Source of the DNA: Amoebidium appalachense
Lineage: Eukaryota; Protista; Ichthyosporea
Direction of reading: 5' to 3'
Assembly (NCBI GenBank): GCA_963693365.1
Contig: CAVNZM010000001.1
Location: 4,790,907 to 4,854,906 of the forward strand
Length of the DNA: 64,000 bases
The position numbers and the translations under genes were made by a program. Of this stretch, positions 12,232 through 24,983 are shown one piece after another; the first letter of the stretch is position 1, and every line of letters starts with the position of its first letter. The notes below the pieces were generated by a model, which was not told the DNA's origin, did no database searches, and worked only from the letters and a program-made list of their open reading frames with translations.

Positions 12232-13499
12232 TTTTTCAATGCTCGTGTTTAATGTCCTGACTGTTCTACTATCTGGTGTAAATATAGTTTGGTGAAATTG
12301 CGCGTGTAATTTACGCACAAAATTGTGGTTCCATGCATGTATACAGGCGTGTATGGGGTTTTTTTAAACGGTCTTCTGGCTTCTGTAGAGCTGTGAGATG
12401 CGCCATGTCCCATCTAAAGAGGGAAACGAAATCTAGGGTTAGAGGAACGATGCCATGTGATAGATGCCCAAATCTTGTAGATATTGGCATATGTATATAG
12501 ATGTATACATTAGCTATATTAGCCTACGCAAAAATGAATCCAAGATTTTTCGATTTAACGTTGTATCACCATGTAAGCATCGTGAAGATGACAGAGACCA
12601 AATCGGTGTCATTCCTATGTGGGAATATTGACCAAGGTCTCGAATCAGCTATGTGTTGTAAATAAACACAAACGTGCTAATTTATTTGTGTGTGTGGACG
12701 ACGTGCTGGGCGATATTTTGTATGTGCACGTGTGTTTGGGGGCTACTGGTGGTTTTGATCGTGCTCGCTGCGTCCCCGCCTCCCCCCCCCTCCCCCCACC
12801 CAAAAAAAAAAAAAAACATCAAACACCCCCCCCCCCCCTCCCCCTTTCCCCCCCCCCCACCCCTCATCCCCCTCTCCCCCCTCCCTCCCCGCCCCCACCC
12901 CCCCTCCCCCTCCCCCCCGCGCGCAAACCCACCCACCCACTACCACCATATCTCCTCCTTCGCCTGCCTCTATTTCACGTCGTTTCAAGAAAGTGAAAAG
13001 GTCAAATCGTGCATGCGTGTGTATGTGCCCGTGTGGTATCGCATCTCTAACATGCAGCGCAATAATTCTTTTGTAAGGGAATTCGATAACGTAGCCATGA
13101 TTGATGTATTATCGGGCAAGGGGAGGGGGGTGGGGGTGGGGTGTGGGGGGAAGGGGGGAGGGGGAATGGGGCTGCCCACGCCCCCCCATGCGCTTCTGCC
13201 TCTAATCAGGAGCTCTTCTTTTCCTTTACCTTTCCTTTAGATATTGAATTTCTCAACCTCCTCTACCTCTTGCAACCCCTCCCCCTTCCCCCCCCCCCCC
13301 CCACCCACCCACCCACCCCTTGGCGCGTGCAAAAAAAAAAAAGAGAGAGAAGAGAAGAAAGAAGAAAAGAACCCCCCCCCCCCCCCCCAACCAAAAAAAA
13401 TAAGAAAAAAATAAAAAATAACAACGATAGAGAGATCCTTGGGGAAAAGAAAGAAAACAGATTCACACCTGGTAGCCTCCCACGATCCTACTATGACTC

Positions 13500-13702
13500 T
13501 CCCTCCCTCCCTCCCTCCCTCCCTCCCTCCCTCCCTGCCTCCCTCCCTCCCTCCCTCCCTCCCTCCCTCCCTCAGGCTCCCTCCCTCCCTCCCTCAGGCT
13601 CCCTCCCTCCCTCCCTCCGGCTCCCTCCCTCCCTCAGGCTCCCTCCCTCCCTCCCTCCCTCCCTCCCTCCCTCCCTCCCTCCCCCCTCCCTCCCTCCCTC
13701 CC
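13500..13702. repeat. (CCCT)n tetranucleotide tract with CAGGCT/CCGGCT interruptions
   Basis: Direct inspection. Confidence 0.9.
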
Positions 13703-13802
13703 TAACGTTACCTCTCTCCACCCCCCCCCTCTCTTTTTCTCTCTTTTCCTCTCTCTTCAGTGTCTCTCTCTCTCTTTCTCTCTCTCTGTGTGTGTGTGCG
13801 CA

Positions 13803-13845
<43 letters not shown>

Positions 13846-16325
13846 TTCAGAAAAGAAAAAAAACATGTGGTAACCTCCTGCAATCGTGCATGCCAGATGA
13901 CAAAAGCGTATAGTCATCCACCCTTTCCTCTCCCCCATAACCTTGCCAATATGCATTCACCTAGATTCAAAATGTATACACGCGGCAAGAAAATTTGACC
14001 AATCCTTACATATGCCGTTCCCCTACCAAATCATCCCTCCCCCTTGGAGGCTCCCTCCTCCCCTTGCCTGCCCCACGGCCTCTGCCCACAGTTCCAGTAG
14101 GTTTACATACCTCTCCCCCCCCCCCCCCCCCACCCTCACCCCACCCTAACACCCCCCCCCCCCCCCCCCCTCCCCTCCCCTCCCCGTGCCCCTCTCCCCA
14201 CCAATACCCAGTGTGTTTCCGGCACCACCTGCCCCTTCTTGCTGTGCAATTGTGGAGCTGTTAATTTTTGCCTGCTGCCGGAGTAGATCGGGTCCAAACA
14301 CACATTAAACTTTCAGGACACCTTTAAGGTAACTCTCAGAGAGCAGATATGAGACTTTCTTCATCGGACCACCCATACACTATATCAGTTATAGTATTTT
14401 TGACTCATTCCGATGCACACCCCGGTTTTTGGGGCAAATCTATCCCCTAAGTTACCTTTGCAAAATGGTATGTTTATGAGTCCCGGAAGTCCCATTTCCT
14501 CGACGAACAGGATGGCTGTTGCTTTTGAATCGCATATGCCATTGTGTGTGTGGGGGGGCGGGGGGGGGGGGGGGGGGGAGGGGGGAGAGGAGGGGGAAGG
14601 GGGGGGGGGGGGGGGGGGGAGGGGGGGCAGACAATGCGGGCAGGCAGAGGCGGCCCAAGGGAAGACGGAACTGGTGGTGGGTGGGCGGGAGTAGGGGCGG
14701 GTGCAGGGGGGTGGGGGGGAGGGGGAGGGGGGGAGGGGGAAAGGGGGGAGGGGGGCCGGAGGGGGGGGGTAAGGGGGGATTCTCCTTTTGAGGGTCCGTA
14801 AAAAGCCCGGATAGGGAAAAAATTGCCCCTCGAGTTCTGAGTTAAGTGAGGGACACTAAGTGTACTTGGGGCATTGGTGGTGGTGGTCGGGGTCTGTGTA
14901 TTGTGTGGGGGGGAGAAGGGGGGAGGGGCGGGGGGACTCGGGAGTGGGGAGTGGGTGGGAGGGGGGGGGGGGGGGGGGGAGGTAGAGGGGGTGGCGGTGG
15001 GGGCGGCGGGGGGTGGGGGGCGGGGGGATTGGCGGAAGATATCTGCACAACAGGTGCAGTGCATTCAGAAATCAGTATTCCTACCACTTAGCCTATTCAA
15101 TGTCTTCTTAACGGGCTAAATACTTGCATTGGTGTAGTGCTGGCGGGCTGCCTGGACTGGTACCACGCAAAACGTTCGTGCGAAAGTAGAGTTTTTTTTA
15201 ATTAAAAAAAAGCGTAAAAATGTAAACCTTAACGTCAATCCTCGTTAAGATTAACTTTGATTATAAAATACCACTTGTGCGTGTGCACCAGCGCGGGGGG
15301 ACGAAGGGGGGGGGGGGGGAGGGGGAGGGGGGGAGGGGGGGGAGGGGGGGGGGGGGGGAGGGAGGAGGGGACTTTGCAGGAGGGGAAGACGGTGACGAAG
15401 CCAACCATCTTCAGCTAGTGTTGTTTTAAATTACACTGTGTAGCATAGAAGCGGTATTTGCTATGAGCGAATTTGTGTCTATGTGTAAAGGTTTGCAAGC
15501 GTGTGGCTCTACTCATAGTACGAGTCACCGTCAGTGACCTATATGTGAAGGGTGTGTGTGAGCCTAAGCCTTCAAATGCAAATTATCAGCTGTGTGGGCC
15601 ACCAATGCTATTTGTTGCACAGGCATGCATTGCTCAACTGCCTTGAAGTAAGATACTATGTAGTATCAGGTCGAGTGTGCAGGCCTCAAGCCGATTTGCC
15701 ACTGTGGTACATTTAGAACCCCCTCCCTTCGCACCTCCCCCCTCCCCCTCCCCCCCCCCCTCCCCCCTCCCCCCTCCCCCTTTCCTCCCCACTCCCCCCG
15801 CCAGCCACGTGTCCATCACCAATCCCACACAAGCGCAAACACGCACAACCAGGCTTTTCATTATAATGTTGTGTAATCATGTCGCGGCTGCTGCCGCACA
15901 TACATGGTGGTTGAGGTCTCTGTGCTTGTCAATGTGTGATGCAAACTTTGTGCATGTTTTCGGACCAAAATTACACTGTGATAGAATAAACCCACGTCAA
16001 GCAACCTATACAGTCCGAAACTGCATTACTGACTGTGGCATGATGACTATTCATAGCCAACTCGGTTGGTAGCCTAATTGAATCACTTAGTGTTCCCTAC
16101 CGCTTACTTACACTGTACCGTATCGAGTCAAAACACACCATGCAACACCCAATACTACACCGCTAATTTTTCTAATTAGCTGAGCCTTGTACACTCCCAA
16201 CAGGTTTTCAGCCGTTATATCTATGCTTTTGCACATCTCAGATGATGCACATGTGTATTCGCCGATGATGGCATCAATAAAAATTTGATGCGGCTCTACA
16301 AATGTAGAACTCTATCATACAGATT

Positions 16326-16383
<58 letters not shown>

Positions 16384-16435
16384 ACACACACACACAGAAT
16401 ATAGCTTTATAGTCTAAGACTGAAGACCAAGACAT

Positions 16436-17231
16436 TTAGCGACGAGTAGTGCAATTATTGAGTGACACTTGAAGAAAAGACCACACTTTCCTTGCTTTGT
16501 ACTTAAGTGAGTCATACCCACCCTCTTTCTTTGTTTTGACCTTCCGAATCGAGTTGCCGACAACCAGCGTTTCTCTTGATGCAGATGTGGTTGCTAAGGC
16601 CCTTCTAAGATATTCATAGACTATATTTTCCGGCAGTGCCTGTTCCACCACACGCATATAGAGTTCTCTCTCTTTCATAATCTCCGCACGCACCTGTGTT
16701 ACCGATACCCCCGCCACATGCCTCACACCAAATTCCCCAGCCTGTTCGATTTGGTCGCCAACACACAACCCCAAAAAATGCCCGTGTGACCTTTTGCACG
16801 CCGCAAATGTAAACTTTTTTGTGAATCCGAAGAAGCGAAATGCCCAAGTCGGAGCCCATTCTCTTTGTGATGACCATTTCTCGAGCCATTTTCTTCGGTT
16901 TCCTTCTTCCGCACAAAGGGCCGTTTTCATCGCAATAGCCCAAAATCGGGTATGAAGTGTCGTTGGACCAGGGGCCAACATCAGAACGACGACCGTCGTT
17001 GCCACACAGACCGCATGGTGTGGCCCTCGTTACAGGACGTCGATTATGTTGCCCTGCTAGCCGTACCTTTTCAGGTGTTGTTGTTGAAAGTCCACGATTG
17101 GATTCTGAAGGGGAGGTGGGAGAAACCAAAACAAAGTCGTGCCGCGTAGCCACTGAAGATGTGTTTGGAACACGAGGACGATTATTAACACGTCTAATTC
17201 TGAGCAGACATGTCTCTGGTGACCAAATAAT
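16436..17231 (-). CDS. Second single-PDZ protein, paralogue of 11572-12231; frameshifted (gene with assembly errors, or pseudogene)
   Basis: ORF 16614-17153 gives AREMVITKRMGSDLGISLLRIHKKVYICGVQK. ORF 16436-17005 continues SHGHFLGLCVGDQIEQ...MRVVEQALPENIV. Adding 2 nt at about 16790 (CAAAAGGTCA) gives VQKGSHG, aligning with VKKGSRG of paralogue 1. The ALPE(E/N)IV motif after the PDZ is shared. The same frame has stops at about 17232 and 17283, so the N-terminus is unresolved. Confidence 0.7.
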
Positions 17232-18111
17232 TCAGATCGTCATTGCTCCATTTGCACATGTATGTTGAAGGTGTATATATGTCTACAATTCACGATGGTG
17301 GACGTGTGAGTTGTGTGCACTCGCTGTAACAGTTGAGCTCGTATCTCTGGTCGACACCCGTGCGTACGGGGCCTGTCCATGCCTATGGTCATCGGGTTTG
17401 ATTTTTTGGTTTTCGTGGTTGACAATGTGACGATGTGGCTGTGCAGCGCTTGTGGGTGAAGAAAACACAAGAGGTTGCATCCTCAACGGGAGCATGTTGA
17501 CTGGTACGGTAGAGTGTGTAGCAGCTACTGCCACGGCACAACGTTAACTTAAGCCTACGGTGGCTGGCAACCTCAGTGAGAGTGGTGGATATGTATGTGT
17601 GGCTGCTATCTCTATTATTCGGTTAATTTGTCCGTGCGGAACATAGTACTACAAATATTCAGAACACTGTAACACGGACCTCCCTTCGCCTACATCTAAT
17701 GCCTCCTACGGTGTTGGAGCATTAGTGAAAAAAGCCCTTTAAATCCAGTGGTGCAATACTTATGGAGTGGCAGAACAAGAAAAGTCAACCATGTTGCATT
17801 GCCGGGTCGATCAGTCACGAGTCCGTACTTTGACGTTGATGATGGCAGCGTTAGCATGCGACGTTCGAATGTTCATAAATCATGGTGCAAGCTTTTCTTC
17901 ACAATAATTTTGATACTATCGTTTATCAACAAGCTTGTGCTACGCTAATAGTCGCACTCAGTCGCAGTATGTGCACGTGGCAACCGTTCATTCATAAGTG
18001 CAGGGTGCAATGACCGTCGTGAACACGGTCGGTACATATGCACATTAATATTGAGGGCCTTTGATTATAATGAATTATTTGGGTGAGTATAGATACATGT
18101 GTACACGTGTT

Positions 18112-18161
18112 ACATCAACGTTCATAATAAAGTAAAACATCAACGTTCATAATAAAGTAAA
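18112..18161. repeat. 25-bp perfect tandem duplication
   Basis: ACATCAACGTTCATAATAAAGTAAA at 18112-18136 and 18137-18161. Confidence 0.9.
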
Positions 18162-18380
18162 AACATGTGACTGCTACAGTAGAGAAAACATTGTTCAACT
18201 TGACTGGAACAGGGCTCCCATGAGTAAGCGAGTTGACTCGGGGTGCTGTATAGACCAATAGCACTGATCCGACCTGAATCGATAAATGCTCCAACCAGAG
18301 TACTGTATGACGTCATCATATAAAAACGCCTGGCGCAGGGTCAGTTTTGCACGTGTTACTCTCTTTTTCTCACCATTTTA

Positions 18381-20964
18381 CCCTAACGTGACAGGGAACA
18401 AGCACATCACAAAAAAACCGTAGAAAAATTCTTGGCGGGGTAGTGGCTTAGTAAGTAATGGTAGGCATTCAACGATTTTGAGCTTCAATTTACGGAGAAC
18501 TTTGTAGTGTTTGCGCACCCCATGACTACAATAATTTCTCGGAATGCTTGTTGGTATGGCTTATTTTGCACTTTACGGGTTCTGGCACCGGGAGGCCATA
18601 GGCCTGAGCCAAGAAAAACGTCAAACTTGTTACAAATGCGTGCCAAAGATGCATACTTTAAACGTTCACGTTGTTGCTTTTGCACCACAGGTGCATTTTT
18701 CGTTTGAGAAACATTGACATCAGCTTTCAAATTCGTTTTTTTCGGTACACACACTTCAAATAACCCTTTTAGCATCTAGTTACCACAAACAGTTTCGAAG
18801 AAACGAATAAAAACCAAACAAATCACCCCTAATCCGAAAACGACAAATGAGTGTTGCGCAATGTACAGAAACTGACCAGTGGGCAGAAGGTACTTTAACG
18901 TGTAGTGTTTCTGCGTGATCGTACCGGGCCTGTGTTTGTGTTGACTTGGGTGCGTGTGCGTGGAGGAACACCATGTGTGATGTGGTTTTCGAAGCATGCA
19001 CGTGTTTGATCATTGCAGAGAAACACATTACACTTGATGCAGTAGGTATGTGTCTGGTGGCGTTCCCCTTTGTTCCTAAAGCAGAGAACGCATCTACCTT
19101 TTCTTTCTTTTCTGGCACGCTGGTGTCCGTGTAGAGCATGGGGGGCAGGAGCAGCAGGGGGAAGGGGGTATTCTAGTGCAGGCAGGTGGGGGTTGCATAT
19201 GAGTGCTTCTGCTAGCTCACGCCTTGTGTCCATGCTCGTGTTTGTGGATTTGCCAAAGTATCTGTATGCAAAGTGTACGTTTGCTACTACAAACCCCAGA
19301 AGCCCCCCAAAGGTGCGGAGTTGGTGACGTTTAGTGCCCAAGGCTTCGTCCACAGAGCCGTTTAACATTCGTGTTTTGTTGAATATATCGGCCATGTTGT
19401 AGTTTTCGAAGTATTCTTCGACTGCTTTCGGTTGGGGGACGTCATTTCCGTTTCGTGATTTTCTCGGTTGACCCGGCTGAGTACTTGAACATGAGGTGAT
19501 CACTTTCATACTGTAGTTCTTGTTTCTCCATAACACCGCAACGAGGTCTACTCCGTCCACACTGCACACTGCCTCCGACCATACACCACGTCCTTCCTCA
19601 CATAGAAGGTCCAACATGTTGAGGGGAAAGTCTCTGGTTGCGGTTTTGACATTGAAAAGTGCGTAGAATCCGATTTTGTACACTTCCCTTGTCCCGGTTA
19701 CTGACCCAAACCAGCTGTCTCCGACGATCGTTCTGGGGTTACGGTGGGTGGGGTTGGCCCTTGGGGTTAGAAGACGCAAGGTGGTGCCTGTTCCAGCTCC
19801 CAACTGTCGGTACGGTTTGCTTGCCATCCTAACCGGGTTCGAATGTTCCAGCCATGTAAATCCACATACCCAACCACCTAAGTAGCTCACCCGGGGTTAA
19901 GTCAACCCAATTTTTGTAACGTGCACGACCTACTTCGTTTGTGAGTGGAATGACTGCTGTGAAGAGATACTCCATAGGCATGAAGTGTTCAAACAAACAC
20001 AGAACACTCTTGCGCTTGTTTAGTGCTAGTGGAATGGTTGGTTTTCTGCGTGGGCCTGTTCTTTTGTCAAGTACTTGCTCATTTGGAATGGTCCATTTGC
20101 AAGGTGCACGTGGGGTCGGTGGGGGTAGGTAACTCTACTTGTTCATCTACAAGTTCTATCTCATCTTCATTCTCACTGTCTGTGACAGGAATCTCTACTT
20201 GTTGGATGTCTCCATCTGGATCTTCGTCACTATCACTCTCTAGCTCGCTACTTGTGTGTTCACTGTCTTCTTCATCTATTAAAGTTAGCTGATGGCGCAG
20301 AACTACTTCTGTGGTACCGTCAAAATCAAACTTTACTTTCCATTCACTGCCTTCGTTTGTCTTGCATCGTTTCACTACTGTGCCAACCAGTATTTGTGTG
20401 TCCCAACTCAGGCCGAACTTCTTGTAAGACCAACGTGTGGTGTCATCTGTGAAATCTTCCCCCTGAACCCCGTCAAATATGTATGCAAAACAACAGACAC
20501 GAGCTCCAGAATAAAGTGACTCTATTGGGTCTAATGTTTTGGCCATGTTGGGCGCTCATCTTTCACATGAAACCCATGGCTTGTTGTGTTCGCGGACTCA
20601 GCAAGTTTCGTCCGTTTGATCATGAATCATGTTGTTGTCGAGCATGAATTCAAAAACTTGCAACAGCGTCGGCAACCAATAAAAGCTAGGGAAGGCCTTG
20701 TTAGTTACCGTACCAAAGACAAAAAAGGTGTAAACTTATGTTTTCTTACTGGCTGTACAAAAAAAAGCGGGCTCCTGGGCCCCAATAGCTCGCGGTATCC
20801 TTCCGAAACAAGCATTCCTAAAGTACTGCGGTCAGAGTACTTATGGCCGCTAAGTTCTCCGATCAGAGTACATTTCGGATGCATCAATAGTAATACATTG
20901 CTTTTAAGCCATATATGGTTCCAAGTTTAGATCTCCAAAACTGCCGCAGTGATGACCGTGTTGG
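18381..20964 (-). mobile_element. piggyBac-superfamily DNA transposon, defective; ends approximate
   Basis: Encloses the transposase. The left end begins TTTA|CCC at 18381. Inverted subterminal matches: GGAATGCTTGTT 18541-18552 with AACAAGCATTCC 20807-20818; CGGAGAACTT 18493-18502 with AAGTTCTCCG 20852-20861; TGGCTTA at 18444 with TAAGCCA at 20905-20911. The right end (GG|TAAA at about 20964) is eroded and there is no clean TTAA target duplication. Confidence 0.75.
18895..20546 (-). pseudogene. piggyBac-type DDD transposase with a frameshift and an internal deletion
   Basis: ATG at 20546 opens an N-terminal domain and acidic tract. After a frameshift at about 20113 it reads ...LFEHFMPMEYLFTAVIPLTNE...WVDLTPGELLRWLGMWIYM (piggyBac N-core). 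At about 19850 it jumps out of frame to LEHSNPVRMASKPY...GTTLRLL...IVGDSWFGS (second Asp)...ADIFNKTR (third Asp)...CVLC...YCIKCNVFLC...CFENH (C-terminal cysteine-rich domain). The segment with the first catalytic Asp is missing. Confidence 0.88.
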
Positions 20965-21177
20965 TAAACTTGGTTACGTGGTATGCACGATTGAGGTGAC
21001 TTGACTCGACGACTCGGCACGTTTGCGCGGCATAATGGTGAGAGTGAGGCCTATACCAAGACCTTTGCCGTCTTTTTCCAAACGTACGAGTTATAAGTGT
21101 CTTGCAATACTACCTGTACCATCAAAGCCACATACACGCAAATCCATCATGTGTTGTCACCACACATTCATGCACGT

Positions 21178-21219
<42 letters not shown>

Positions 21220-21405
21220 GCGCGCGCGCGATTATTATTCGCTTACTGCAGCCTTACGCCAGTTACCAGTTGTACCATTTGACTCCGAATAATTATTCGA
21301 AATTTGGGGAAGGGGTTGCAATTTGGCCTGGGCAAGGTTTAACACGGAGAGCCTGAGGCGGGGAAAGTGGTGGGAGTGCAAGAGCGACTTTGAATTTGCA
21401 TTCTG

Positions 21406-21552
21406 GAGAGTAATTACTGCCTAAGGCTTGGTCCCATCGTCCAAGTTGAAGAAGTTCAATGATTGGCTTGTTTCTTTCTTTCTTTCTTTCTTCTTTTCCC
21501 CTTGAAAATTTGGGGTGCCACGTGTGTGTGTGTGAGTGTGTGTGAGTGTGAG

Positions 21553-21614
<62 letters not shown>

Positions 21615-21701
21615 GTTGTTGTGTGTGTGTGAGTGTGTGTGAGTGTGTGTGTGTGTACTTCTTCAACTTGAACGATGGGACCCAAGGCAGTAATTGCTCT
21701 C
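21406..21701. repeat. About 45-bp imperfect inverted repeat flanking a (GT)n tract
   Basis: Reverse complement of 21406-21455 is ACTTCTTCAACTTGGACGATGGGACCAAGCCTTAGGCAGTAATTACTCTC. Positions 21657-21701 read ACTTCTTCAACTTGAACGATGGGACCCAAGGCAGTAATTGCTCTC. Confidence 0.85.
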
Positions 21702-21819
21702 GCTCTCTCCGCGCCCAATTTAATAAAAAGTACATGGTCATGACATTGTGCATGAATGTTCATGGTTTCCAAAATCACGTGAGCCAAAAAGATTCCACAC
21801 AAAGTGTACGCTTGTCCCC

Positions 21820-21856
<37 letters not shown>

Positions 21857-22224
21857 AAAAAAAAAAAAATCCCAATTCGTTTTTTTTTCTCCCCGATCAA
21901 AGTTGTTGTTTTGTTTAGGGCTTTCAAAGCCATCTTGATTGATTACCGTCGGGGGATAATTTAGTATGCGGCTTGGTTTTGTAGTGCACGCTCCACGCAC
22001 ACACACACGCAAACAGCCACACACACAGTGTCCACAGACTAGTTCCACACACGTACACACTGTCATGCACACACACACACACATACACCATTTGCACACA
22101 AACAAACAAACAAACAAACAAACAATAACATAACAAACACACAGTTGTCACACACATCGCGCACACACGTGTACACGTGTGCATGCGCGTACACGCACAC
22201 GCGCGCGCGCACACGCACACACAC

Positions 22225-22582
<358 letters not shown>

Positions 22583-23374
22583 CCCCCCCCCCCCCCCCCC
22601 CCCCCGTTATCTTATTTTTTCCCCAGGCTCGGTAGCCCCTAGAACCTTAATTTTTTTCAACAATTTTAGTACTATACTATCCTCAGGTAGTTATCTTAAT
22701 CCTTAATGATTCATAGTATCCCGGATAATTAACAATCGTTTTTTAAAGAGGAATATTTAAGCCCATAAATACCGTTTATTTATTCTTGAGTTACTCAGGA
22801 TTTCACAAAAATCTCACCCCCGGTTTTTCTTCACCGGAGGAACGTTATCAAACAACATTCCACGTGGTGACCGTTGATCACTCCTATGGCATATATATAT
22901 CAGCAATTTATTCATCGCAAGACCCAAACACTGCGTGCATTTTGTATGGTATGATAACTTCTGAAACAGTCATATACAGTAATACTGTCACTTCATGTGG
23001 CCCTGGTTGGAGGCTATTGCGCAATTATAAGTACAGGCCTAGGGTTGAACGGGAGGGCCCCTTGGGGGGATCCGGAGGGGTGGGGGGAGAGGGGTGTCCT
23101 GGGCCGGGAGGGGGAGGCCGGGGGGGGGGGGGGGGGGCATAGGGTTGGCGAAGATCGAAGGGCGCGATAGGCAGGAATAGGGATAGTGCTAGCGCTGGGC
23201 TTTGGACACCCTTTGGGGGGGGGGGGGGGGGGGGGGGGGGTTGGAGCGGACACTGAGGGCGCTGGTCGATCCTAAAAGACCCCCCCCCCCCCTGGGGGGC
23301 ACTGCATGCCGCCGCCCAGGGATTACGGCTCGGTTTTGCATTTGAATACATATCTGCCACTTGCTGCCGGGCCG

Positions 23375-23593
23375 TCACGTCCTGCACAAAGACATGACTG
23401 GCCATTCACTGTCACTGCTGCTATTCATCCAGTGACTTGGTGGTCGTGGCGCAGGTGGACTAGGTGGCGATGGTACATAGTGAGAGGCCTAGGGGGGATT
23501 GTTCAGGAATTGTGTGGCCGCGCACACATGCCACCGGTGTTTGGTGTGTGTGTGTGTGTGTGTGGGTGGGTGTGTCTGTGTGTGGATGTGTTC

Positions 23594-23626
<33 letters not shown>

Positions 23627-23713
23627 AGGGGAGGGGGGGCAGCTCAGATCAGAAAATCAATCTGCTACTGTATGCGGCCATTGGCAACCATCAAGCCGTT
23701 TTTTTTTTTTTTT

Positions 23714-23755
<42 letters not shown>

Positions 23756-24339
23756 AGAAGCCCAAAGAGTACTGAGTTAAGAACTCGAGGGGAACTGGAT
23801 GGTCACTCGAACAGACGTCAATTTGAGGGATGCTCAATCGCAAGCCAAAAAGCCGAGAAATGCTGAAGGCGTTGAGATGAAGCATTCCGTTTGACCACAA
23901 ATGGCCCACCAACAGTGGCAAGCACTGACGGCAGTGTTTATTCTTTTTCGACGGAAACCACAACCTCAACCGAGCATGAACAAGATTAACTACTTAGGAT
24001 TCAATTTATATAAAGATATGTGCAATAGAAGTATGCGCTACGAACAGTGTGACTTGCTCCATGTATGTAGTCTGAATGATAGCGTCCGTGCAATAAACCG
24101 GCCAGGTGCCAACACAACGGCACGGGTTAAGCTACTATGCTAAATATAGTGTCTGAACACGGCATTTCTGTGTGGGTACACCAAATTTAAAGCCCAACTA
24201 TGGCAATGCAGGTAAATTCGATTGTTTTGTACATCCACACTCGACCACAATAAGGATGTATCCCATAATAGCTCTCCTACAAGGGCCGCGCGTACAGGTA
24301 GCAAGTTTTTAAGTTATTAGTATTGAAAGGGTCGAGGAA

Positions 24340-24380
<41 letters not shown>

Positions 24381-24640
24381 TATGTGCACAAGGACCTGTC
24401 ATATTACACTGCGGGGGCACAGTGTGTGTATTTGTGCATATTTGCACAGTTGTGTATGTGCTTGTGTGTGTGTGTGCGTGTGTGTGTGTTCACGTCTCTG
24501 GTTGAGTGCGACCCTCTCTCTGGACATATTTCTTATGGATCTTCATGTGCGCACGTGCATAGCTTCAAGCTTCAAGTAAAGCGCTGCATCGAAGAAGAGA
24601 AGGTGGGAGGTCAAAAGTCCGCGCCGGAGAGAGAGAGAGA

Positions 24641-24671
<31 letters not shown>

Positions 24672-24938
24672 ATCGGATCAGTCGGGAGTCACAGGGGCGC
24701 TTCCAGCAGCAGGGACATGTGTTGGGGTCTGGGGTGGGTGTAGGGGGGCAGCCGGAGGGTCTGGGGGGCGCTGATGGAGTGCTGCAAGCTGGTGTTGGTG
24801 CGTCTGACGATGAATCAGGTCACTGGGGGTGTGAGGGTGCAGGTGTGTCAGGGTTGGGACTTAGTAAGGCAAGGGATGGTGTGTTGCGTGGTGATTTGCG
24901 CGTGTGTGTGCATGCATGTATGTTTTTTTTTTTCTTCC

Positions 24939-24983
<45 letters not shown>

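Noticed and set aside
19891-19900. GGG|TTAA as the right end of the piggyBac
   Set aside because: It lies inside transposase coding sequence (DLTPGEL), and the inverted subterminal matches place the end near 20.9-21.0 kb.
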